Shown: positions 10,404 to 21,516 of the stretch, one piece after another
Numbering within the stretch: the stretch's first letter is position 1
How the letters are laid out: each line of letters starts with the position of its first letter
NCBI GenBank assembly: GCA_019058445.1
Contig: JAHPZA010000003.1
Coordinates: 186,710-250,709 of the forward strand
DNA from: Promethearchaeota archaeon
GTDB taxonomy: Archaea; Asgardarchaeota; Lokiarchaeia; Sigyniarchaeales; SOKP01
Direction of reading: 5' to 3'
Length of the DNA stretch: 64,000 nucleotides
The notes under the pieces: model-generated
Told to the model about the DNA's origin: nothing
What the model saw: the letters and a program-made list of their open reading frames with translations, nothing else
Database searches by the model: none
Translations under genes and position numbers: made by a program

Positions 10404-10812
10404 ATCATATACCTACTGTTTCTCTTTTTATTAATAATTACAAATTTAATTTTACAAAAATCCAAAAACTAATCCGTTATTGAAAAAGAGATTGAATTCA
10501 TTTCTTTTTGATTGCTCAATCCAATTCAGTCAAAGATAATTGTCCTATGTCATGCTATATTTTGGATTAGTGCAAAAATTCTAGAGATATAAGAAAATAC
10601 ACCTATATATTTTTATCGATTTTCTACAGTTTCTGAAATAAAATTTACATTTTCCATATTAGTACTTTTGAAGCTTTTAAATATGACTGCAAAAAGGCTT
10701 CCTATAATTTCGTTCCAATCTGTTTTATTAATGATTTGTAAATATTAATAAATAAAATAGTAAAAGGTAAGCATCACATTTCTAAAGGGATTTTCTAAAA
10801 ATATCCAATAAT

Positions 10813-11514
10813 TTGATATCTTATTTAATAGGAGCGCTTAACTTGAGTAAAAATATTTTAAATAAAGACGAGCAGGAGATTTTTGGAATTATAAAGGAAT
10901 ATTTACAAAAGAAACCAATTGTTAAAATCATAGAGCTCGTAGCTTTTATAGACAACCGACTTAGATTTAATCCTAATTATACTAAATATAAAATTGAGAT
11001 AATTGTTAAATCCCTAATTAAGAAGAAAATAATCTTAGTTGGAACTAAACTTACGAAACACGATATTCTCCGTATTCAAATAAGAAAAGATATCTATAAT
11101 TACATTCTAAAAAAACCCGGAATTAATATAAATGAAATCAAAAATGAATTCAACTTAGGAAGCAATCAAGTCTTATGGCATTTAAGAGCTTTAAATGATT
11201 TTGAATTTATTCGAATGGTTAAAATCGGAAATCAAAAGGCCCTCTTTGGTTTTAACTTCGATAAAACTCACACTAACGCCGTATTCCATCTGAGAAACGA
11301 AAAAATACAGGAAATCATTAAATTATTAATAACGAGTAATGTACCTGTAAAACCCACCAAAATATCAAAAAAACTAAATATCCACTACAATACTGTTAAA
11401 AAATACCTGATTATCCTTTTGAAATTTGATTTAATCTCAAAAGTAAACGGAAATAAAAAGAAGGGATATAATTTAAATAAAACAGTCTATTCAAACTTAG
11501 AGAAATTTATATAA
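10813..11514 (+). CDS. Multi-wHTH (ArsR/HTH_24-like) transcriptional regulator
   Basis: IYNYILKKPGININEI...WHLRAL and second HTH TKISKKLNIHYNTVKKYL. Confidence 0.8.
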   Translation: MISYLIGALNLSKNILNKDEQEIFGIIKEYLQKKPIVKIIELVAFIDNRLRFNPNYTKYKIEIIVKSLIKKKIILVGTKLTKHDILRIQIRKDIYNYILKKPGININEIKNEFNLGSNQVLWHLRALNDFEFIRMVKIGNQKALFGFNFDKTHTNAVFHLRNEKIQEIIKLLITSNVPVKPTKISKKLNIHYNTVKKYLIILLKFDLISKVNGNKKKGYNLNKTVYSNLEKFI

Positions 11515-11583
11515 ATAAGATTAGAAGTTTTCTAAACGAAATTCCAGGACCAAAAAGTAAATAAAAATTTCAAGGTTAGTCCA

Positions 11584-12081
11584 ATGGGTTTTATAAATTC
11601 TTGCTTGTGTGATTCTAGCAAACGAATACTCTTTGTGAAAAATTTAATGATAACAATGTATACTGAATTAGAAGATGAAATTTCTAAACGTGTAAAACAA
11701 TTATTGATAAGACAGTCTAATCTAACGATAAAACAAATAATTAAAAAAATCAATAAAGATATCGGTAAAATTTTTTACGTAAATAAAGCAAATATAGAAC
11801 ACATCATTAAATCCATGATAAATGATAAAGAGATTTTTATTACAACTGAACAGTCCGAGGATTCTTTTCTAAATATCGTAGATAGAAAATCCATCTATTA
11901 TTGCGTTGATAATAATCCTGGTAAAACTATTGAAGAACTATGTATATTGCTAAATCTTACTAAAAGCCAAATGATATGGCATCTTACGTTTCTAAAAAAG
12001 ATTCACTATATATATAGTGCAAAAAAAAACAAGCAAATCGTTTATTATTCGAATAATCATCATTTAAAGGGGGCAAATTAA
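11584..12081 (+). CDS. wHTH regulator, shorter paralog of the upstream gene (true start probably 11647 or 11656)
   Basis: IYYCVDNNPGKTIEEL...WHLTFL aligns with the upstream protein. Confidence 0.7.
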   Translation: MGFINSCLCDSSKRILFVKNLMITMYTELEDEISKRVKQLLIRQSNLTIKQIIKKINKDIGKIFYVNKANIEHIIKSMINDKEIFITTEQSEDSFLNIVDRKSIYYCVDNNPGKTIEELCILLNLTKSQMIWHLTFLKKIHYIYSAKKNKQIVYYSNNHHLKGAN

Positions 12082-12083
12082 AA

Positions 12084-15000
12084 ATGCATAAGAAAAAATT
12101 AGAAATCATATTTATGTTGCTCATCTTCTTGGTTTTAATTACAGCAGTAGTTAAAAAGGATACTTCAGATGAGAGTAAAAATAAATCCTTTGATTCTGAA
12201 TATAATTCTAATCCTATGCCTTCTGATAATTGGATTCTTACAAGTCCTATATTCGTTAATGATACTGATCCTTCTAATAACTGGGCAACAATTAATTCCA
12301 CTTACGCTTGGTGTAACGGGGCTGGTACGTGGAATAATCCTTATGTAATAGAAAATGTAACGATTGATAGTCAGAACAGTGGAAGTGCAATTACTATTTT
12401 AAATTCAGATATACCTTTCCAAATTAGAAATTGTACAATTCGCAATACTGGAACTTTGTCTGAAGATGCTGGAATTAAATTAATTAATGTTAATAATAGT
12501 AAGTTATCAGGAAATATTTTCTTAGATATTGATAAAATCGGAATTTATCTTAAATTGTATTGCAAAAATAATACAATAAAAGATAATTATATATTTGAAG
12601 ATCTTACCTATTCAGTCAACAAAATACAATATGGCATCTACTTATATGATCAATGTAGCGGAAATATCATAAAGGAGAATTACTTACACGGGGTTAATAT
12701 ATTTGGTTCCTCTGATAGAGGTGGAGTTCATTTAGAGGATGAATGTAATTCTAATACTATTGAGAATAATTGGATTAACCGGAGCGATCAGGGGATATAC
12801 CTCATTAATAAATGCGATGACAATACTCTTTTCAATAATACAATCATTAACAATGATGAAAATGGAATAATTTTTGAAAATGATTGTGATGCAAATAAAT
12901 TATTAAATAATACAGTTTCTAATAATGATCACCATGGAATATACGGATATGATGGTAGCGATGATAACATTATTGCGAATAATATTGTTAATGATAACAG
13001 GTATAATGGAATATATATCGTAACTGGCTGTGAAAATAACACTATTGTGAATAATATAGTCAACCAGAATGAGGTGGGTATAAAAATCGAGTCTGCTATT
13101 AGCTTCTGCCAATATTTCACAATCATAGGAAACTTCATAAATAACAGCGCTGAATATGGAATTTATATACAGTCTGTTACAGACGTAGATTTATGGGAAA
13201 ATGAACTTTATGGATGTGGCTTTCTGATACAATCAACAAATGTACTGCATCATGAATCTATTTCATTATCAACAAATAATACTGTAAATGGAAAACCAGT
13301 TTATTATTGTGTAGAAAAATCAGGGTTGGATTCCACTGATTTTCCTAATGCCGGACAAATAATTCTAATAGATTGCAATCATACTAGGATAGAGAATTTT
13401 GAGTTTTTTGACTGCTCAATAGGAATATACGACTATAGCACCTTTTATCCATTTCCTAGACCACTTTCCTATAATCATACTTTCTCAAATATAACATCTC
13501 GAGGAAACATGATAGGAATATATTCACATAGATGTCATAATTTGACTATGTCGGATATAACTGCAAAAAGAAATGAAATTGGTATAAAACTATCAGATTG
13601 TATAGATTCTAACATTAATAATAATACTTTAAATGAAAATGTTCACTATGGTTTACAATTGTATGATTGTAATAACACTATCATAATGAATAATTATATT
13701 CAATTTACTATGGGAACTGTTTTTGATTATGGTTTATCTAGTTCAGGTGGATATTCTAATAAGATTATAAATAACACTATAACTCATAATGCTATTAATG
13801 GGATCTCGTTAAATGGTGGGAAGAATCACTATATTTCTGGAAACAATATTTCTCATAATAATAAAACAGGGATAAATTTCTGGTCTAGCAATTGTGATTA
13901 CCATACTATCATAAATAATACAATATCCTATAATAAGGAGCATGGAATTTACCTCGAGACAAATTGTAATTATAATCTCATAACAAATAATACTATTTAT
14001 AACAATACTGAAAATGGGATTTATCTGTGGGATGACTGTGATAGTAATAATATAACACTAAACCGTATCTACGATAATTGTGATAATGGGATTTTTATTG
14101 AGTATAATTGTGATAATAATAATTTAATCTTAAATCAAATCCATAACAATAGTGGCAATGGGATCTATATTACATCCACTAGTATTAATAACTACGTATT
14201 TAACAATACAATCGAGATTAATCTTCAAAACGGGATTTATATAAAAAATGCCAATGATAACAATATTACAAGGAATTATATTAACGACAATAAACAATAT
14301 GGAATTAATATTGATACGAGTACAACTATATCCCTTTCCCAAAATTACCTTAACTTATGTGGATTATATATTACAGGGTTTTCTTCACAACACTATGACT
14401 CCCACCAAATTCAAGCATCCAATATGGTTAACGATAAAAAGTTATGTTTTTATACTAATCAAAATGGATTAGTCATTAATGTTGCTACTAATCCCGGTCA
14501 AGTTATTCTAATTAATTGTTCTGATTCAATTATCTCAAATGCAAATGTCTCAAACGGTTCAATTGGAATTATGTTATACCTTTGTGAAAATATCTCAATA
14601 ATGGAAACAAATAGTTCATATAATAAAATAAATGGAGTGTATGTAAAAGATTCAGAGAATTGTACATTAGCGGGTAATATTATTAATTATAATGGGCTAG
14701 AGGGAATTTATGTGGATTGGAGCTGTAAATATATAAATTTCACCGGAAATTACATAAGGCATAATTCAGAAGACGGAATTCATCTGGAAGCTCCATATTG
14801 TATAATTGATCTCAATCAAATTACTAATAACGGTGATAATGGAATTTACATTTTTGACGCAGCAAATATAAACATTACTAGAAATACAATTGAAAATAAT
14901 GTTAACGACGGAATCTATACGATCAGTTGGTGCGATTATCTTATAATTTCAAATAACTCATTGTCATATAATATTGGAAATGGATTCAGTTCAAACGATA

Positions 15001-15980
15001 TGGGGAATTATAATGAAATATCGTTAAATCTGATAATTAACAATCAGGAGAATGGCATATATTTGTTATGGGCTTATCAATTCAATATTACAGGTAATCG
15101 TATTCAATCTAATATTCAGAGAGGGATTTTTATTGATTCTGCAGGTGACTGTCAAATATGGAACAATAATTTCACGAGTAATGGAATAAATGCTCTAGAT
15201 AATGGAATTACTAACTCCTGGGATAATGGGTCTATAGGTAACTATTGGGATGATTATACCGGAGGAGATAATAATGGTGATGGAATAGGAGATACTCCTT
15301 ATAATGTGCCTGGATCAGCTTTATCTATTGATAATTACCCCATCTGGGGAATCCCTCCTTCTAGTCCTATCGAAGCGGGAGGAGGATCATCTGGGAATGA
15401 AGATGCAAAATCTCCATCCGAAATTAATATATCTCTTATAATTTTAGGAGCTGCAATCATTGGGAGTATTGTTGCCGCATATTATGCGATGCATGTTTAT
15501 TCTAATAGATACTCCTCAAAACCAGGAAAGTATGCAATAAAAAAGGAACCTCTTCTACGACCACCTTCAGAAAAACAAGAACTCTCAACACTTAGACCTA
15601 GAACATCGAGAACCTCACAGAATGTCAGAATTTCCTCAAAAGAAAAATCTGAAACGGATTTAAAGTTTAAAATGGATGATTTTGACCAATTTTTCATCCA
15701 AAATCAGTTAGGTAATATTTCAGGCAAAATGAGAGAAATCTATGAAGAACTTTTAAGAGAAAATTCTACAATAAGAGAATACCTTGAAAGCGATGTATCT
15801 GTTGAAGATATGCCGAATGGTGAAAGATTAATAACAACCATAATTGATGATGTTGATCTGCGCAAAATAGAGAAAATAAACTTGCCGTATGACCAAAAGA
15901 AAATTTTCTTAATGGAAATAATCTCAATGAATAAAAAGGATAGAAAACGATTATTAGATGAAATGCTTGAAAATGCTTAA
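12084..15980 (+). CDS. Large NosD/CASH right-handed beta-helix surface protein with TM helix and cytoplasmic tail
   Basis: Signal peptide; many N-x-I-x-x-N...GI repeats; GNYWDDYTGGDNNGDGIGDTPY; TM helix ISLIILGAAIIGSIVAAYYAM; about 160-aa cytoplasmic tail. Confidence 0.88.
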   Translation: MHKKKLEIIFMLLIFLVLITAVVKKDTSDESKNKSFDSEYNSNPMPSDNWILTSPIFVNDTDPSNNWATINSTYAWCNGAGTWNNPYVIENVTIDSQNSGSAITILNSDIPFQIRNCTIRNTGTLSEDAGIKLINVNNSKLSGNIFLDIDKIGIYLKLYCKNNTIKDNYIFEDLTYSVNKIQYGIYLYDQCSGNIIKENYLHGVNIFGSSDRGGVHLEDECNSNTIENNWINRSDQGIYLINKCDDNTLFNNTIINNDENGIIFENDCDANKLLNNTVSNNDHHGIYGYDGSDDNIIANNIVNDNRYNGIYIVTGCENNTIVNNIVNQNEVGIKIESAISFCQYFTIIGNFINNSAEYGIYIQSVTDVDLWENELYGCGFLIQSTNVLHHESISLSTNNTVNGKPVYYCVEKSGLDSTDFPNAGQIILIDCNHTRIENFEFFDCSIGIYDYSTFYPFPRPLSYNHTFSNITSRGNMIGIYSHRCHNLTMSDITAKRNEIGIKLSDCIDSNINNNTLNENVHYGLQLYDCNNTIIMNNYIQFTMGTVFDYGLSSSGGYSNKIINNTITHNAINGISLNGGKNHYISGNNISHNNKTGINFWSSNCDYHTIINNTISYNKEHGIYLETNCNYNLITNNTIYNNTENGIYLWDDCDSNNITLNRIYDNCDNGIFIEYNCDNNNLILNQIHNNSGNGIYITSTSINNYVFNNTIEINLQNGIYIKNANDNNITRNYINDNKQYGINIDTSTTISLSQNYLNLCGLYITGFSSQHYDSHQIQASNMVNDKKLCFYTNQNGLVINVATNPGQVILINCSDSIISNANVSNGSIGIMLYLCENISIMETNSSYNKINGVYVKDSENCTLAGNIINYNGLEGIYVDWSCKYINFTGNYIRHNSEDGIHLEAPYCIIDLNQITNNGDNGIYIFDAANINITRNTIENNVNDGIYTISWCDYLIISNNSLSYNIGNGFSSNDMGNYNEISLNLIINNQENGIYLLWAYQFNITGNRIQSNIQRGIFIDSAGDCQIWNNNFTSNGINALDNGITNSWDNGSIGNYWDDYTGGDNNGDGIGDTPYNVPGSALSIDNYPIWGIPPSSPIEAGGGSSGNEDAKSPSEINISLIILGAAIIGSIVAAYYAMHVYSNRYSSKPGKYAIKKEPLLRPPSEKQELSTLRPRTSRTSQNVRISSKEKSETDLKFKMDDFDQFFIQNQLGNISGKMREIYEELLRENSTIREYLESDVSVEDMPNGERLITTIIDDVDLRKIEKINLPYDQKKIFLMEIISMNKKDRKRLLDEMLENA

Positions 15981-16046
15981 TAAAGCGCTAAAATTGATAA
16001 TTTTAAAATTTTATTTTTTACAATATTTTTTAATACTTATTTAAAC

Positions 16047-17426
16047 CTAATGTAGAAAGCTGGAATATTTATCTAGGTATTTTTGAAATAAACCTTGCCA
16101 ACCGTAAGCACCTCTTATCTTCTCTGAGTATTCTTTATCTTTTACTAGTAAATCTGTACCATCGAGAAATTCTTTTATTTTATACTTTAAATTACTAATA
16201 AATACAGGCAATTCTTCCTTTATAGGCTCGTCGATTGTTTTCATTTGAGGGAGTGGTAGGAATTTAACTTTTCCTTCAACCCCTATTGAACAATTTAATT
16301 CGTTTTTTACACCTGGTAAATCAGTAATGATTGCTTTACATCCACAAGCTAGGGATTCTAAAAGGACTTTTGGAAATCCATCATAAAAACTAGGCAAAAT
16401 AAATAAGTCACAATCTCGAAATTTTTCTGATAACTCGTCTTGATTTAAATGACCAAGAAAGGAGATATTTTCTGTAAAATTTTCACCCATTTTAAGAATA
16501 TTTTCTTTTTCTGGGCCATCACCAGAGCCTACTATAAAGAGATGAAGATAATAATCTGTTTCATTACAGACATTTTTAAAAGCTTCTAGAAGTTGTGGCA
16601 CACCCTTTGAATTGCTTAATTTTCCCACAAAAATTAGGTTTATAGCGCTTTTCGATTTAGATCTATTGTTTTTATCAGGGGGATAAAATATATTTGTATT
16701 AATTCCTTGACCAATAGTAAAGAATTTTCTATTTAATTTTCTATTTTCTGGAAAATTATAAAGTTTTTTAACTCGAATGCTTTGTTCCTCATTATTAACA
16801 GCTATAAAATCAATATCCTTTATGGGTTTAAGAATAAATTCCTTTAATTGAGGCGCTAATATCATTTGTCTAAGAGCAGTATTATGGCAAGTAGAAATGA
16901 TCGGAATATTAGGATTTAAAACGCGATTTAATGCAGAAACTAGCCAGAGATGATGAGAATGTATTATAGTAGGTTCAAATAAATCTACTGCTGAATGAAT
17001 CTTTTTAGCAAAGGCTTCTAAATATTGCTCGAGCATGAGTTCATTAAATTCAGAAAATTTTGTAGATTGATAGGGCATTTGATCTGACATACCAGCAACA
17101 GGAAAGGGAATATCAGGAGTTAAATGAGTTAGTTCGGATTTAAAAGTTACAGAAAGTGTCTTTTCTAAATCAATCACCTCATTAAAGGGATTATCATCTC
17201 CGACTGGTTGTCCATAAATCACAAATTGGTCTATCCCTTCATTTTGAGTTTGTTTTGTCAAATGTATTAAATTTACTCCAGAACCCGTAAAATAGGGTCT
17301 CTGACATATAATACGCAGTACTTTTATTGATTTTATCCTTTTATATTTAGGGTTAGGGATATAATTTTTAAGCTTTAAAGAGTATGGTCCTAAATTAGCA
17401 TCTTCAAACATTTTCTTCATCTTCAT
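16047..17426 (-). CDS. Glycosyltransferase family 4 (GT-B)
   Basis: HSHHLW, FVGKLSNSKG, PSFYDGFPKVLLESLACG. Confidence 0.9.
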   Translation of the reverse strand: MKMKKMFEDANLGPYSLKLKNYIPNPKYKRIKSIKVLRIICQRPYFTGSGVNLIHLTKQTQNEGIDQFVIYGQPVGDDNPFNEVIDLEKTLSVTFKSELTHLTPDIPFPVAGMSDQMPYQSTKFSEFNELMLEQYLEAFAKKIHSAVDLFEPTIIHSHHLWLVSALNRVLNPNIPIISTCHNTALRQMILAPQLKEFILKPIKDIDFIAVNNEEQSIRVKKLYNFPENRKLNRKFFTIGQGINTNIFYPPDKNNRSKSKSAINLIFVGKLSNSKGVPQLLEAFKNVCNETDYYLHLFIVGSGDGPEKENILKMGENFTENISFLGHLNQDELSEKFRDCDLFILPSFYDGFPKVLLESLACGCKAIITDLPGVKNELNCSIGVEGKVKFLPLPQMKTIDEPIKEELPVFISNLKYKIKEFLDGTDLLVKDKEYSEKIRGAYGWQGLFQKYLDKYSSFLH

Positions 17427-17632
17427 ATATCCTTGTTATATAATATCTTTTCCTATATGAATTAGTTTTTCCACGTCTATTTATTATCAAAGTCATATCA
17501 TTAATTTTTTAATAAAAAATACTTTTACATTCATAAGATTATTAAAAATGTTTGATCAAACAAACGAAAAAGTAATTTCTATACTTTTTATTGAAATGCT
17601 AATGAAATTTTAAATAGATAAAAAGATTTGAA

Positions 17633-18265
17633 GTGATAATGAGCGATAATGTAGAGAAATATATTAAACGAAAAGTACACAAGGGAATGAGTACTAAGAT
17701 TTCTCAAAAATTCATCGATGCTGGTTTGGAAAAGATTCGGGCATGTATTAATTGCGGCACATGCACTGGGAGCTGCCCTTCAGGAAGACGTACAGCTTAT
17801 AGAACACGCTCTGCTATTCGTAAAGCTTTAACAGGAGATGAATCTGTTTTAGAAGATATTGATATTTGGATGTGTTCTACATGTTATTACTGCTATGAAA
17901 GATGTCCTAGAGATATTCCTGTGACAGACATGATAATTAAACTAAGAAATATTGCCGTGGAAGAGGGTTTTATTTTGGATTCACATTTTACTTTAGCCAG
18001 CGACATATTTTATGCCACAGGCCATGGAGTTCCTGCTAATGACCCTGAGGCGCATAAACAATGGAGAGCCTTACGGGAATCATATGGTTTACCTCCTTTG
18101 CCACCAACAGTTCATTCATATCCAGAAGCAGTTAAAGAATGCCAAACTTTAATGAATGAGGTTGGATTTAGAGCATTATTGGATAATGCGGCAAAACTTA
18201 AAGCTAAAAGAAAAGCAGAAGCCGAGAAAATAGCAAAAGAAAAAACTGAGGAGGAGAAAAAATAA
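17633..18265 (+). CDS. hdrC: Heterodisulfide reductase subunit C
   Basis: CINCGTCTGSCP and CSTCYYCYERCP. Confidence 0.93.
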   Translation: MIMSDNVEKYIKRKVHKGMSTKISQKFIDAGLEKIRACINCGTCTGSCPSGRRTAYRTRSAIRKALTGDESVLEDIDIWMCSTCYYCYERCPRDIPVTDMIIKLRNIAVEEGFILDSHFTLASDIFYATGHGVPANDPEAHKQWRALRESYGLPPLPPTVHSYPEAVKECQTLMNEVGFRALLDNAAKLKAKRKAEAEKIAKEKTEEEKK

Positions 18266-19212
18266 TGAGTGAATATAAGTGGAGATATGCATTCTTTTTG
18301 GGATGTGTCATCCCTAATAGATATCCTATGATTGAGCGAAGTATACGAGATGTATTTGAAGAGCTTGGGGCAGAAATATTGGATATGCCAGGAGCATCAT
18401 GTTGTCCTGCACCAGGTGTATTTCGAGCATTTCATATCCCAACATGGCTAGTGATTGCTGCTCGTAATATTTCCATTGCGGAAGAATTAGGTGTTAGTCC
18501 TCTAACTGGTTGCAACGGATGCTATGGTACACTTCGGGATGCATGGTACGATTTAGAACATAACCCAGAAGAGAAAAAGCATGTCAATGAGCTTCTCGCT
18601 AAAGTTGGTCGTCAATATAAAGGGAATTTTGAACCAAAACATGTAGTTCAAGCCCTTTATTTAGATATGGGATTAGATTATCTTAAGGATCATATTAAAC
18701 ATAAATTTGATGATCTAAAAGTGGGTGTTCATTACGGATGCCATATAGTTAAACCCAGCGATAAACGACCTTGGCATGGTGAATATGAAAACCCCCAATT
18801 CCTAGATGAGATTGTTGAAATCACAGGTGCTAAGAGCATAGATTATAAAGATAAATATATGTGTTGCGGAGCAGGTGGAGCTGTTAGAACTGCTGTCAAA
18901 GAAGTCGCAGCAGATTTCACTCGTGAAAAATTAGTCAATATGCGTGATGCAGGTGTGGATATTATTATAAATTGCTGTCCCTTCTGTCATCTTCAGTTGG
19001 ATCTCGGTCAGGTTGAGGTAAATAATTTTTATAAAGATATTATTGGAGAGCCATTCAAAATTCCTGTTATCTATATAACACAGCTTCTTGGAGTTGCAAT
19101 GGGTATGGATCCTAATAGATTGGGTTTAATAAAAAATCATGATTTAAAGGGAGTGTCCCCATTTATACCTATTGATAGGTTTTTAGATATAGTAAAAGAA
19201 CAAATAATATAG
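18265..19212 (+). CDS. hdrB: Heterodisulfide reductase subunit B
   Basis: Two CCG domains (SCCPAPG, CNGC, CCGAGG, CPFC). Confidence 0.95.
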   Translation: MSEYKWRYAFFLGCVIPNRYPMIERSIRDVFEELGAEILDMPGASCCPAPGVFRAFHIPTWLVIAARNISIAEELGVSPLTGCNGCYGTLRDAWYDLEHNPEEKKHVNELLAKVGRQYKGNFEPKHVVQALYLDMGLDYLKDHIKHKFDDLKVGVHYGCHIVKPSDKRPWHGEYENPQFLDEIVEITGAKSIDYKDKYMCCGAGGAVRTAVKEVAADFTREKLVNMRDAGVDIIINCCPFCHLQLDLGQVEVNNFYKDIIGEPFKIPVIYITQLLGVAMGMDPNRLGLIKNHDLKGVSPFIPIDRFLDIVKEQII

Positions 19213-19225
19213 GAGGAAAGAAGAA

Positions 19226-21244
19226 TTGACTGAAACCAAAAAAGAAATAATTGTTACTGGTAAGGAAAAACCCAGAATTGGGGTGTATGTTTGCCATTGT
19301 GGAATTAATATTGCTGGTGTAGTTGATGTCGTTAAATTAAAAGACTATGCTTTAACTTTACCAGATGTGGTATTAGCAAGAGAATATAAATTTATGTGTT
19401 CTGATAATGGACAATCCATGATTAAAGAAGATATAGAAGCAGGATTAATTAATAGGGTCGTTGTCGCAGCGTGTTCACCAAGGATGCACGAACCTACATT
19501 TAGATTAGTATGTAAAGAAGCGGGGTTAAATCAATTCCTTTTTGAACAAGCGAATATCCGAGAACACGCGACTTGGGTAAATATGTATGATCCTGAGGGT
19601 GCGTATGAAATTGCTAAAGATCATATTAGAATGTCGGTAGCAAAAGCTCGAAAACTATTACCGTTAGAAGTTCAAAAAGTTAAAGTTGACCCATCTTGTT
19701 TAATCATAGGTGGCGGGATTTCAGGGATGAATTCTGCTTTAGATCTCGCAGATGAAGGGTATAAAGTGTATCTTGTTGAGAGAACCCCCACAATAGGAGG
19801 TCACATGGCCCAATTAGATAAAACATTTCCAACTATGGACTGCTCAGCATGTATATTAACACCAAAAATGGTCGATGTAGGACGGAAAGAAAAAATTGAG
19901 ATCATGACGTATTCCGAGGTTGTAGATGTTTCTGGATATGTAGGTAATTTCGAAGTAACTATCATGAAAAAACCTCACTATGTTGATCAAGAAAAGTGTA
20001 CCGCATGTGGTTCTTGTGCAGAAAACTGTCCCATAACTTGCGGAAATGAATTTGATCTTGGTATGGGTACAAGGAAAGCAATCTATATTCCATTCCCTCA
20101 AGCAGTTCCAGGAGAATATACAATAGATATGGAAAAATGCATTAAATGCGGAATATGCGCCAGAGAAGATGTATGTGAACCAGGTGCGATTAAATATGAT
20201 GACAAACCTGAATATGTTACAGTAAAAGTTGGGACGATAATCGTCGCAACAGGCTGGGATTTATATGATCCAACAGAATTAGGACAATATGGTTATGGAA
20301 GGTACCCCAACGTCATCACAGGACTTCAGATGGAGCGCTTACTAAGTTCTTTTGGACCTGTATTAGGAAAACCTGTTCGCCCCTCTGATCTCGAAGCCCC
20401 TCATAGTATAGCATTCCTACAATGTGTGGGAAGCAGAAACTTTAGAGAGGGAGGACATTCGTATTGTTCTAGAGTCTGTTGTATGTATGCAACTAAACAA
20501 GCACGGCAATATAAAGAAAAACATCCTGAAGCAGAAGTATATATCTTTTATATGGACATCAGAGCTTTTGGTAAAGGGTATGAAGAATTTTATGAATCTG
20601 CGGCTGAAAATTTCGGAATCAGTTATGTTCGAGGGAGAATTGCCGAGGTAAGAGAAGGGGAGAATCATAACATAGTCATAAGAGCTGAAGATACATTGTT
20701 ACAAACTCCAATTGAACTCGAAGTTGATTTGTTCGTTTTATCATGCGGTTTAGAAGCTAAAGCTGATGCAGATCAAGTAGCATCATTATTGAGCATTCAA
20801 AGATCTGCAGATGGATTCTTTATGGAGGCCCATCCAAAATTAAAGCCTGTGGATACTCTAACAGACGGAATTTTTGTCGCGGGAGTTGCCCAAGGACCGA
20901 AAGATATTCCTGATGCAGTTGCTCAGGCAAAAGGAGCAGCTTCTAGTGCAGCAGCGCTAATGGCTCAAGGTGAAGTAGAAATTGAACCTTATTATTCTGT
21001 TGTCATTGAGCATCTCTGCTCGGGATGTAGAACTTGCCAATCTTTATGCCCATTCGGCGCGATTGATTTCGATGAATTCAAAAAGATAGCAGTGGTAAAC
21101 CCTGCGTTATGTAAGGGTTGCGGAACGTGTGTGTCAGCTTGCCCATCAGGAGCGATGGTTCAAAATCATTTTGCTAATTTTCAATTAAACTCCATCATTA
21201 ATGTTGCTGTAAAACAACCCACCGTTGAAAACGGAGGAAAATAA
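19226..21244 (+). CDS. hdrA: Heterodisulfide reductase subunit A (Cys form, no fused MvhD)
   Basis: VCHCGINI, GGGISG FAD motif, LDKTFPTMDCSACILTP, YCSRVCC, ferredoxin motifs. Confidence 0.97.
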   Translation: MTETKKEIIVTGKEKPRIGVYVCHCGINIAGVVDVVKLKDYALTLPDVVLAREYKFMCSDNGQSMIKEDIEAGLINRVVVAACSPRMHEPTFRLVCKEAGLNQFLFEQANIREHATWVNMYDPEGAYEIAKDHIRMSVAKARKLLPLEVQKVKVDPSCLIIGGGISGMNSALDLADEGYKVYLVERTPTIGGHMAQLDKTFPTMDCSACILTPKMVDVGRKEKIEIMTYSEVVDVSGYVGNFEVTIMKKPHYVDQEKCTACGSCAENCPITCGNEFDLGMGTRKAIYIPFPQAVPGEYTIDMEKCIKCGICAREDVCEPGAIKYDDKPEYVTVKVGTIIVATGWDLYDPTELGQYGYGRYPNVITGLQMERLLSSFGPVLGKPVRPSDLEAPHSIAFLQCVGSRNFREGGHSYCSRVCCMYATKQARQYKEKHPEAEVYIFYMDIRAFGKGYEEFYESAAENFGISYVRGRIAEVREGENHNIVIRAEDTLLQTPIELEVDLFVLSCGLEAKADADQVASLLSIQRSADGFFMEAHPKLKPVDTLTDGIFVAGVAQGPKDIPDAVAQAKGAASSAAALMAQGEVEIEPYYSVVIEHLCSGCRTCQSLCPFGAIDFDEFKKIAVVNPALCKGCGTCVSACPSGAMVQNHFANFQLNSIINVAVKQPTVENGGK

Positions 21245-21516
21245 TAATTTAACTTTTTTATTTTTCACTTTTTTTACATTTATTTTAAATTTATTTAAAT
21301 CATTTTAGAGAATCAATCTAAATCATTTTTCTTTTAATGTAGAATATACCTTTCCAGAATAAATATTATATAAAAAGAATCTGCTAAATCGTTATCAATA
21401 TCTTAAAAAGCTGCTCTATCCTTTATTTTACATAAAGAAATAATTAAAATGCTCATAATTACTTTTTAATATCAATACAATCCAATAGTTCATTACTTTT
21501 TGGTGAATTTATACTT

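Noticed and set aside
6478-10635. Similar TAGAAA(A)(C/T)CGATA words upstream of the 6139-6411 gene and tfb
   Set aside because: Too short and AT-rich to distinguish from chance without a genome-wide scan.
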